Position numbers and translations under genes: made by a program
Shown: positions 28,584-41,000 of the stretch, piece after piece
How the letters are laid out: every line of letters begins with the position of its first letter
Numbering within the stretch: the first letter of the stretch is position 1
Assembly (NCBI GenBank): GCA_030141605.1
Contig: JAQGDQ010000197.1
Location: 343,673-407,672 of the forward strand
Direction: 5' to 3'
Length of the DNA stretch: 64,000 bases
DNA from: Tubiluchus corallicola
Taxonomy: Eukaryota > Animalia > Priapulida
The notes under the pieces: model-generated
Seen by the model: only the letters and a program-made list of their open reading frames with translations
Told to the model about the DNA's origin: nothing
The model's database searches: none

Positions 28584-31500
28584 GTGTGTGCGTGTGTACG
28601 TATACATATATGCCTATACATACTATTAATATTATATTTAGAAACATATACATATATAGTTCTGTTTATACAGAAAAACGATTACTGTGCGACTTTGCCC
28701 AGTATAATGATTTTGCCTAGCCATTCATTAGTTTGATGGCAGCCATTTGAAAATCAAGATTGGTGTTAGTTATAAACAGAGTAATGAAATAATCACACAG
28801 TAAATTATAATCAATTAGTAATTAATAACCAGTCGCCTTGTAATATAGCTCGGCAACGTAACCCCGGGCTACACGATTGTCATCACTTCTAAAGAAAATG
28901 AAAAGTTAAAGGAAAACAGGATGATTTTTCATATACCCCACCCCATTTTGAAGTACGGTAAAAAGTTTATACTTTAAGACTTATAATAATGTCAAAGAAT
29001 GTCCGGTAATTACATACTTAAATAACGGCAAGGGAGTCCAACTAGTGATGATGTCACAACTGAATATAGTTTTCAACTGCACAAACATTCAACGAGCATA
29101 TTGCAAGGGTTTGAAAAAGCGAAAATTGAAGTACAGTGCTACTATACAACATTCAGTGCGATGTACAAAACTCATATGATTTTTTAATATTACCACTGTG
29201 CTCACGCATGAGCTCTCGAACGTGTGCACTACGTCACAAGTGAACAACGCTGAATTGAGAGGTAGGCCACCTGCTTTTTATGCAATTTGTTTGCGAGATG
29301 TAAGTGCTAGTGCCCTTCGAATTGCGAATGGCGAAATGAAAGTAACACAGAACAGAACTAGCCGCGCAAACGCGAAACTACCATTTCTTGGTAATCATTC
29401 TTTCACAAAAGTCATTCTTGAAAAAATAGCATGTTCCCTTTCACTATTTTACAAGGTCGATTGAGCCTAGTTTAAGATGGGGTCTTTTAAGATTCTTACG
29501 ATTCTTCGTACGAGTCTGTTAGTTAGCTAAAAACAATATCTGAAACGAGATTGCAGTTCCTCAATAAGCTGTGTGGCTCCTGATTAAAGCTTTCACAATA
29601 ATTTTTCATCGTTTTTGTTTTCAGTTATCCATGATTGGTGTCGTAGGGCTCATGTTTCCAATTTTTTCCATTATCTACATGATAGCGCCAAAAAGCAGCG
29701 TTGGTCGTATGCTGAGGAAGCCATTTATAAAGTTTATTTGTCACAGCGCCTCATATTTTACATTTTTATGTGAGTATTTTCTTTTTTCTTCCTTTTTCGT
29801 AACGACAAATCTAAATTTAGGTGCCAGCCAAGTTTGAATAGCGTTGCAATATCATGTACTTCATCATTTAAATAGTACACAATGCCATTCTAATTCCATC
29901 TGTGCCACATGAGATTTTCGTTCTTCAATTCTCTTCTTACATGCTAAAATCAATGTGTTTAAAAGCATGTAAGAGTTTGATTCATTTATTTTTGCACAGA
30001 TGGAAAGGTAGATGCGCCTTAAATGCTTCTCAGAAAGTGATTTATTAGAAAACTCCTAAACACGTGCATTTTGGCAAAAATAGGGTACCTAGCGTTGATG
30101 ACCTTTAAATTTTTATCAACACTTTTATCAATAGTTATCGCCGATCCATTATTGATTGTTATTGAATAAGATTGCAACAAAGTGCTAGAAAATATTAAAT
30201 AATCAACAAGACAGATTGCTGTACGTCAACAAAGGACATATACTAGAGACAAAATCCCCTTACAATGGAGCACAATAAAGGGATTTGTTTGTTTGTCATT
30301 TTGTCTGCCTATTAACTGTATATCGGCGGGTCATTGGGTCTCTGTCTGTCGGTAGGTCAGTCGGTTTCTGTCTGTTTGTCTGTCTGATTAAAAGACTATA
30401 TGTTTCATACTTTTACTTTAGTGTTTTGTCTTTAACGTGAGCTTTTTTGCAGTTTTTTTAATATTGGCATCACAGAGGATAGAGTCAATTATCAGCATAG
30501 GAGAAGAAAACATTCCAGACCAGGAACCAGACAATAGCTCCTCTACGCCTACTTACAAGAATGAACGTCGCGGTGCCCCTGCCACAAGCATAGAATGGAT
30601 GATAATGGCGTGGGTCTTTGGTAAGAATCGGCGTATTTGCTTATTTGTCTATTTGTCTGTCTGTCCGTTTCTGTTTGTGTTTTCCCGCTGGTGGATAGCT
30701 TGTTAATTTGTTGCTAGAGTCTGTCTTATTTCTTAGGCTGTTTTTTTATTTGTTTCTTGGATTTATTATGACAAATTTAAATGCTGGTATTAGAACATCT
30801 TATTCGGAACTCATTCTGTGAAACGTTTTCTTGGCACTTCGAAGTGGAAGGGATTTTTTCACACTAAAGTCGAACAGACACCTTACTTATTACCCCATCC
30901 ATCAATCGGTGCACAACAATAAGGATACTAATCTGTACGCTCATGCTTTACTTTCTCTCAGGTTTAATATGGATGGAAATTAAGCAATTATGGGATGATG
31001 GATTGTGGGAATACGTTCACGACATGTGGAATATTCTAGATTTCATTACCAATGCGCTTTATTTGGCAACTATAGCACTACGTACTTGTGCCTACTTCAT
31101 GGTATGTATTAAAGTCACTTAAGATTTTGAAATAAATTTATGCCGCATTGCTTATCGACAGTGCAAAAGTGATTTTCTCAAGCCACGTTGCATATATTTT
31201 TTATAATTGCGCAAGAACAAACGAACAAGCGAAGATTAAACGTTTGTAAGCAAAACTATCCCACTTTAAAGTTATATTGTAAATGATTTATTGGGCATTA
31301 AAACTATCAATTATTTATTGGTATTAAAATTTTTGTTATTGTTAAATTTCAGTACACTATTGTATACAATTTTTACCTTGAATCCACAAATTTTGCAGGA
31401 CCGTTGCATCCACCCGAAGACATTGCGTTTGTTCGTTGAAAGTCTATTATGTACAACACATTTGTAAAAATGTGCGAAATGCTTTATTTGCTTCAAAACA

Positions 31501-34500
31501 CGAGAAACTGCACTATGAAGCCTTTCAATTACAAAAGTAAATTCGCAAAAAATATTCATTTAATTAACTGTAACATTCATTCTTGCTTCCAGAGCTCACA
31601 AGCGATAGGGATTAGACTGTAGACTGTATTTTGCAATAATGGTGAATACATACCCAGCATTTAATGACGTTGTAAACTCAACAGTTAATTAGTTGCTTAG
31701 AGGCTGCACATTAAAATTTCAGCCTTTGATTTACGGCTGCTTTGTCCGCTTTTCTAAGCAACGAAGTCCCCAAATACCGTCTTTCTAACATCCCATTTAG
31801 ACATGCACATCAGGCAGGCAGGCAATGCCCTATAACAAGAAATTTTTTATAATTTGAATATTAAGGTCTGAAAAAAGCAATACAAAACTGGAAGACCGTT
31901 ATAGTAAAAGGAATTGAAAACACCATACATGGTATAAAGCAACATGACTCAAGCAACTGTAAGCCATTGAATCTATAATTATAAAAAAGATAAAATCTTT
32001 AGGAAATATAAAAAATAAAAAAGGAGATACACTGTGTTATGATGGGCAGTGAAATCTTCGGGTTTCAGTAATTGGGCCTACTGCTTATTAGCCGTCCACC
32101 AGAGACTATACTCTCTAAGCTTGTTATCTATGCTGATTATCCTAAGCCTACACTATCTAACTCACTACGAGTAAATAACTCGCATGGAAGCCTTGAAAAT
32201 GATCTTGAGTTGGCTTTGAACTTTAGCCAAGATTAGCTTGTCACCTTTAATGCAAAGAGGATGAAGCTTATGTCAGTAGTGTGAAACTTCTTAGAAATAC
32301 ATTTTCCGTCGAGCCTTCTACCGTATTTTTTGCCAGAAGTTTTTTCCTTGCTAATTACAACCTCAAGAAAGCGCTACAATTATTAGACAATTAATTATTT
32401 AAATTGAGTTTTATCAACTTACGCTTAGAGGCGGAATTAATTGAGTCTGATAGGCAGCGATCGAAACGTGCCATGATCACATAGGTGCAGTATGGTAGGT
32501 GCATTTTGGGAGTCCGTAAAGTGATTTAACAAACTGTTTGATTTTTGCGCACAAGCAGACGTCTTCAAATCTGTAGTGCCTTAGCGAACTTACCCTTGCC
32601 GCACATATACTTGTGCTTGCGTAAATCATTAATGTATGATTGATGCGTAGGTCAAATCTGGTGAAATAGGCTTAACACTTTCTGTAACAGAAACTTTTTT
32701 CTCTCTTAGGTCGAACAAGAAAAGCTTGAGGGTAAATGGGAAATGGCCATGGCTCCCCGCAAAGACTGGGACGCTTACGATCCTACTCTCATCTCAGAGG
32801 GTTTGTTTGCAGCAGCAAATATATTTAGTTCTTTGAAGCTTGTACATATTTTCACCGTAAATCCTTATCTCGGACCGCTTCAAATATCGCTAGGTAATCA
32901 AATTTTACTCTATGTACTGGTCATGAAACAATGTATTTATTCAAAAGCTATTTCTTTGCGCAATCATAATTTAGTCAGCAAAACCGCGAAAAGAAATTTA
33001 TTATTTTTACATAGAATTCCTGCAAATAATTGTAAGGTATTATGTGAGTACTAAATTTTATGTACAGATGTCAAATTCATCTTTGTATGTATTTTCTTCT
33101 TTAGGTATAAGTTATTTACATAAATTTGATACAAATTTCTTTCCACAATTTTGCTGACTATACTGTAACATTGTGTATTTTGGCGTCTATAAATAGTTGT
33201 CGTCGAACTGACGCAGCTGAGAAGGGCCGATGGGCTGAGCCACAATAGGGCAAGTAGGTGTGGGGCGAGACATTAGGGTGGAATAGGATGAAATTGGAAT
33301 GGATTGAAAACTTTGGATGGTGTGAATTAGGGTGGCATGGATTTTTAACTGCATAAGTTTTCATATATAAGAAAAACTGCATCAGAAATTTGAACAACTA
33401 CTTAGATAGTTGTAATAAACAGGACGTGGCTGTACATTGTGTACAATTCATACATTGTGCACAAGTTTCTTAATGAGAATAGCTGATTTTTGTAACTCGG
33501 ATTAAGGTTTTCTAAAATGGTATTTAGCCCTAAAATATTACGTGTTTTATATAATATTATTACCTATAATAATTTTTTTATTTCATATGTTTTTGAAGTT
33601 TTTTCTTATTACCTACTTGCAACAGTGATAGAACAGTAGAAAAACTGCAGACAGTTTGCAGGCATATTCACTTATTATTAATGATAATATGCGAATTTAG
33701 TAATTATATATCAGTCTTGTTTGTTATTTTGTTCTAGGTCGAATGGTTTTTGATATCATGAAATTTGCTTTCATTCTTGCTCTTGTGGTGTTTGCTTTTG
33801 CTTGTGGTCTGACGCAACTGTATTGGTATTACGCCACCATGCGAGCAGACGAGTGCCTCAGGGGTGGTCCTGAAGATTCTTCCTGTGATAAAAAATATAA
33901 GAGTTTTTTAAAGTAAGTGTACAATGGTAAATATGGCGCGACGACTTTAGTTACTCTGTGTATGTATATTATATAGCTCTTCCTGATAAAAGATGAGTAG
34001 ATCGTCTTTCTAGTACTTTCTTTCAATCAACGTTTGACTCTGGTAAGGAATCTTGTGATTTCAGCAAACGATTTTGCATTTGCTATTTCCTAAGTACCTA
34101 TCTAAGATTCCGAAGAAAAATCATTTCTGAGTGCTACTGCTACTGCTGCTCGTATCTAAAGATTATTAGAATCGTTTTCACTTTTTGCTCTTATTATGTT
34201 TGCTGCAACAAGGTGTTCCTTCTGTTAGACTGACCTATGTATCATTAACTTTTAATGTGGTTTACAGACAGTGTAGTATTAGACTTATTTAGAACATGGA
34301 CTTATGCCCCAAACTGTACGTTGCTGATGATAGTACATTTTCCCGCTAATGAGTAATTCAGTGTAACAGAAACTATTCATTGAAATCCTTGTAAACATTT
34401 TCAGTAATTTTCAATTCATTGAGATCTTTTTAATACATTGTGAACATATTTTCTAAAATGTAAACCTTAAAACTGTACAGTAAATCACACTAATTTTCTT

Positions 34501-34972
34501 TGTATATGTGAGGAGCGGTGCACAAGTAATCCAAAAAGGAACTGACTATGCAATACAATAGCTATATTCATTTTCTCTATGAGCGCCCCAGCCCCATAGA
34601 ATAAAATTTCAGTAGCGTAACCATAATAACGAAGAACTTTTAAAGCTTTAGAAATATATCTTTTACAGAAACTTTTAGAGAAATCTTTTTAATGAATTTT
34701 CCTCTATAAAACAGTATTACACAGCATTTATGCGCAGTATTCCACAGTATTCATGAGGAATTTTATTTACGCTTTGTATTGTCGCTGTTTTAAGATATCC
34801 CATTTTGCATCTTTATACTTTTACCTATGTAAATATACAATGATTTTAGGTGTTAACTGTAGGTCTTATTTTCCTTAATATTTTTGGTATTGACTAATTA
34901 TTTTACTATTGTCAGTGTCTTGCTGAGAAGCAGTGTAGCGCTGTAAAAATTTATTATTATTATTGTTGTTGC

Positions 34973-35006
<34 letters not shown>

Positions 35007-38000
35007 ATATCGTCAATACAGAATTTCTGTAATGATTTCGTAAATTCTAAAAAATTGTGTATTTTTATTTACTAGTTAAGTAATATGCATTGATAAAGCA
35101 CAAATCTATTATGCTGATTATACTAAATCTATTATACTGATTTTACTAAATTTTATCTGTTTCCAGCTTGTTCGAGACATTGCAGACCTTATACTGGGGT
35201 CTGTATAATTTGATCGACTTAGATCGGTTTGACTTGAAGGAAAATCACACCTACACAGAGTTTGTTGGACTCCTTATGTTCGGCTGTTACTCGGCCATTT
35301 CTATTGTAGTCCTTTTGAATATGCTCATAGCTATGATGTCCAACTCATTTCAGTACATTGCTGTAAGTACAGCAAATTCACTGTGCAAAGTGTGCAATGT
35401 GCACTGGTTGACCTCACTGTACTTATGTTGTTGTTATCTGCACACTTAAACTACCGGGCTTTGAAATGTCAAAGTTTTTTCATGTCGGTACAGTTTATGA
35501 CTGAAATTGAAAGAAAATTATATCCTTTTCTGAGCTATTTTTTATTTCAAAATGTTTTCAAAGCTCAAATTTATATTTTACAATGAAAAGATCCTCTCAT
35601 TTTGGAGGTGCGCATTTCAATGCCTAGTAGTTATTCTTTAGCAGCACACGTAGTGATTGTACTTTACTCCTTGTGTAGAGCTTCACAGTAGGCGTTTCCC
35701 GCGTTTATAAGGGCTTGTTTTCAATTTATTTGGTTTTATTTCAGTTTGTTTGAGACTCTGCAGACTCTGTACTGGGGCCTTTTCAGTCTGGTAGATCGTT
35801 CGCACTTTGATCTACTAGAAAATCACGAATACACGGAATTCGTAGGCCTGTTGATGTTTGGTATTTACTGTGCTATGTCGATAGTGGTGCTTCTGAACAT
35901 GCTGATTGCAATGATGTCGAATTCATATCAGTTCATAGCAGTAAGTTGCTATGCCAACCGTCGCATGTCTATCCATCTTTACCTTCAGCTTGTTTCTTGC
36001 ACCAGTTGACTTAAAGCTATGGGGAATTTAAGTATGCGATTCGTCAATCTTACCTCACACAAGCGTATAACCAACATAAGAGACATGAAAAAAACAGCTT
36101 AAAATTGCGTCATTACTGATGCATAAATAAAAATTTCATTACTTACAATATTAACATGACACTTTTCTTTGTAAAGCTGTACGTAAATCAAAACAGAAAT
36201 AGAACTTTACCGTGTACATGATCAGTAGGTCCTAAATTATAACTAAATACTGTTGACTTGCTTTGCGAATAACTTGTATTATTGAAAGAAATAACTTTTA
36301 TTAAAAACTTTAAATTGCAAAATACTAAAAAATGTCAAACGTTTCGACTGCAGAGCCTAACAGTCATCTTCAGTGTGTAACAACTAGCTGCTTTTGTATA
36401 CTGTATCACACTGAAGGTGACTGTTAGTCTCTGCAGTCGTTATATGCTTTTAATGTTTTATATTTTAAAGTTTTTAATAATAAAAATTGCTTCTTTCAAT
36501 AATACTGACTTGTGCTTATTAAGATAGTTCTAAATTTGATAACGTTTTCTTTTCTTATGCAAACACGACATTTCAGCTGTACAGCGGCCTTTTTCAAATG
36601 AAAAATGTCGTTTTTGTGTAACAAATTAGCTTTCGTGGTATTCATGATTGATACTTTGGTATATTAGTGCAAGGGCATATGTAATTCCATGGGAAATTCA
36701 TGTTAATTTTTGATGCTACATATTATGTAAAGCTTGCGATGAGTATATTTTAAAAAATAAGATGTAATTTTTTAAGCAATTTTAACTCAAATATCAAAAT
36801 GGCTGCCGACTGTTGGAGCTTCTATATTCTTAATTCTATATTAAGTGAAACTAATTGTTCAGATGTTTAGTTACAATGCCTGTTAGTGTCCATAAATGAA
36901 TAAATCTCACAGCGAAACATCTCCTTGGCTAAGCCGCGTGCCCCTACAACCCACACAACACCATGGCAACAATCCAAACTGCTCCACAACAATAACCAAC
37001 ACCACATGACACAACGACGTTGGTGAGGTTGAACAACACCGACGACAACAACAACAACAATGACAACAACGACAACAACAACGAGGACAACAACGACGAC
37101 AACGACGACAACAACGACGATGACCACGACGACGACCATGACGACGACCACGACGACGACGCAGTAGCGAAACCATGCAAAAACATTTTGCCCAATATTA
37201 AAAGTGTATATACAAACGCTATTAGACCGATCCACTAATGATCAATAATGCACGACATTCAACATAGTCTTTCTTTACTACTTTTCAGATGGTAACAAGC
37301 TAACATATACAACTTATTATAGCTCTTTCTATAACACAAATGAAGGTGATGACACAGTGGTTGATGACAATACCTTTCCCATTTGCCAGCAGTGGATATC
37401 TCTTTAAACGAAACATCCACACCTTACAGATCTGCCCATTCTTTTTCTGATAGTGTGTATAATTATTTTCTTCCAAGACGCGCAAACAGCACTTCGAGTT
37501 TTCTTGAGTCTGTTTGTGCAGAAACCGCTGATCGCCACAAACCACGGGTCTATCACGAAATTTAATTATGCCTATTACACTCACCACTGAATGGATTCCC
37601 AACCATTATTGGCGCGACACCGGCCCACCCCTTTCTCTCAAACTAAGGACTATAAGTTTTGTGAAAATGGCGATTTTTGAAGGTTTTCGTCGCCTGTTCC
37701 TCCCGGTAGCCACGATTCAAAAGGTAAGCAATCGATAGGAGTACACAAATCAAGACCTTTCATTTGATATGTAGAAGTATAGATCTATAGATCACCAACA
37801 AAGGCGCAGCCCTTGAAGCTGCAGTTGCGGCAGTTACATAATAGAATAGCAATGGATAGTGGGGAGGGATACAGATAGAGCATAACCAAGATGGTATTAC
37901 ACTAACGCTAACAGGTATTACAACTAGATATCTAAACTAAAGTCTATTTTCACTTAATTAGAAGCAAGAATATATCAACTTGAACAGTTGGCAGCCATCT

Positions 38001-41000
38001 TGGATGCTATCTTGAATTTTGAGCTTACATTTGTTAAAAAATGAAACCACATTTTTGCAATGTACACGTCATAATCTTTAAAGTGATATATACAGTAGCA
38101 TCAAAAATTAACACGAATTTACCATAGGACCAAATAATCGTACATATGCTACTACACAGTATTGTTTGTTTTTCATTTATTTATTTCCTTATTTATTAAT
38201 GTTTATCCAAAATATTCCTTAAGCATGTATGCTTGTTATTTTCATGTTTAGTAATACTAGAGCATGTTTTACTCAAGTTGCTTATTCATTAAAGTGTAAG
38301 TCTGTGGGTAAAAACTTGATATTAAAGAAAAGTGGTACATTTTTCACCAAGTTCCGAAAGGCAGGTGGCAATAATGAGTTTCTCTGAAGAAAAACTGTCA
38401 GCGAACATGATTAACATCATTTTTGTTGCCAAGTTTACCACCCGTAATCACTGATACATGCGTCTAGACAAAAAACCCACTCCTGGTTAAATTACAAAAG
38501 TCAGCGGACTTGTAGTGAGGATGTAAAATGATCCCTGTCTCTGTTAAACGAACTGTTAAACTGTTCGATTCAATTCCATAATAAATTGTGTTTAAACAAA
38601 GTATGTAGATGCATTATTGATGTTACTTTGATTATAAGAATCATCACGTTAGATAAAAAGATTCTCTGTAACCTATGCATGCATTTGGTGTTGGGTCTGA
38701 TTAGATTTAGATTTCTCACCAGTTTTTAGTTTTTAGCTAATCAGTTTATCAATTACTTGTGTAAACCACAGGCACCACTTCTTTCATGGTGAATAAACAA
38801 ATTATATAATACCCAGCCAACGGCCACTCTTGCAATTAGAAAAATATACAAATTCTCCATAAATTATTGCTTCTGCTTATTCTGCTTAAATATTTTCACA
38901 AATCTAATTGACTGAATGTTGATTAAAACTGTCACTTTTTGCGTTTCCTGGATCAATTGCTTATTTGTTTGTTTCATTCTTGCAGAATCAAGCTGATTAT
39001 GAGTGGAAGTTTGCACGTTCCAAGCTTTGGATGTCTTATTTCGAGGAAGGAGGAACGGTGCCGCCGCCTTTCAATATCATCCCCAGTCCCAAGTCCGTGT
39101 ATTACCTGCTGAAATGGTTTTACCAGAAAATTTGTAGCTGTTCCACTAAACAGAAGCGAACTCGCTGGAAAAGTCTCAGAGTAATTTTTTACATTTAATC
39201 GCTCCCCCCCAACCGTCTAGCGCTTACAAAACTTCAGTGACACTTGAATTAACAGAAATAGGGTTTCGCTTGTTTTACCTAACTATTTCACCCCAGAAGG
39301 TTTTTTTTTGAATAAGCAGATATTGTTTGCATACTTGCGATCTTACAGTTTCTAGAACATAAGAAACTTGATTAGACTACTGTGCTATCACTATTCCAAC
39401 AAACGTTCGTATTGTTATAGTGAAATCGATTTAGTTTGTTTGTTTCATTTGTTTCATAAAACAGTAAACCTAAAATATGCAGACAATTGTTATTTTTCTC
39501 TCCTCTGGTCCTCTGGATTACTGGCCCAAAAATATTTTTTCTACAGACTATTCCAATAGCTACAATCTACAGCAAATACTATGAGGCTATCACTATTATA
39601 ATATAGAAAATCAAATCAAAATGGTCGTATCAAGTTACATGATGGGAAAACTGGAATAATGACGTAAAACTATTTATGCCTTTATAATGTCATAATGCAG
39701 AAGTGCAGGTCCATTTCGTCGTGCTTCGTAATATTTCTATTACACCGCTTCTTTTAGAACATCCTGTAAGATTGTTAGAACACCCTTTTATTTTTGTCAT
39801 GCATTATTGGGCATTTCTGTGACCAGTAATCATTACAAGAAGCTTTCCTTTTTTGGTTATATCTTAGACTTTAAATAAGCATTTCTTTCACAGAAATTTG
39901 TGCGAAAAGTCAGTGAAAGAGACGCTCGCTATCAAGCGGTTATTCGGAGTCTGGTGAAACGTTACATTACTAACATGCAGCGACAGCAACAACACCAGGG
40001 AGTCAACGAAGACGACATCAACGAGATAAAGCAGGACATATCTTCATTTCGATATGAACTTTTAGAAATACTCAAGTATAGTGGAATCTCAGGCCCACCC
40101 GGGGAACGCAAATCGAGTTAGTATTGATTTGAAAACTCAGGCCCTCATTTCTAATAAAGCAAAACTTACCGAAAAAATCTTATCATTAAGAAAGATGTTT
40201 CAGACTGTCGCTGGAATTTATCTTTTATGTGAAAGAATAAGAAAGAAGGAAGGAAAAAAGATAACAAAAAATTACTATACTAATTTAGGGGGGAGTTTTT
40301 ATATTGTCAACACACAAAGCTATCAGACTAAAAATAATACGACCACGTAGAAAAACAAAGAAGCACAGCAAATAAAAACAGAAGGGAAAAACACGGAAGT
40401 ACAAAATCACTGTCTACAGTATATAAGAGTGAAACAACGAGTTTTTTTATTTTAACTTACAGACCTATGAGTACTCAAGTTTATTTCAGGAGATAAAAAG
40501 TGCTATATAAAAGTTAAAATTTACACTAAAAACTGAGAAATACTACATGTCATGCACTATTAAAAGAGCTATGAAAATTTACAAAAACATAATAAAAATA
40601 TTTACGGAATTTAAAAATACAAAGCATCAGTTAGAAAACCAGCGGTTTCTACATAAAAAATCATGACATCTTCTAAATATTTTACTATACAATCGCACAT
40701 CTGTTTGGTGGCATATATGATTTACAATAAAATTTTTATCTGTCAATTACAAGCACTAACATTTAATTTGTTTCAGCAATGAACAAGAAAAACCGGCTAC
40801 AAGAACGTCGACTGATGAAAGGTTTAAATCTGGAGCGAAACATTGAAACCATCCCGGAACAGGATTTCGATCTTCCAGATTTCCTCAAAACCGATTACAA
40901 AAAGGGACGACCCCGGCATTCTCAAAGTGTTAAAAGATTTACTCATCTATCTCGATTTCGAATAGGAAGTAGAAAAGGAAAGGCTTCAGCGGCTCAACAA

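Noticed and set aside
35167-35940. Idea that exons 10a and 10b are both included, or that one is a pseudo-exon or haplotype artefact
   Set aside because: Double inclusion gives an immediate stop. Synonymous sites are near saturation while protein and splice sites are intact, and the flanking introns are not similar, which does not fit an artefact or neutral decay.
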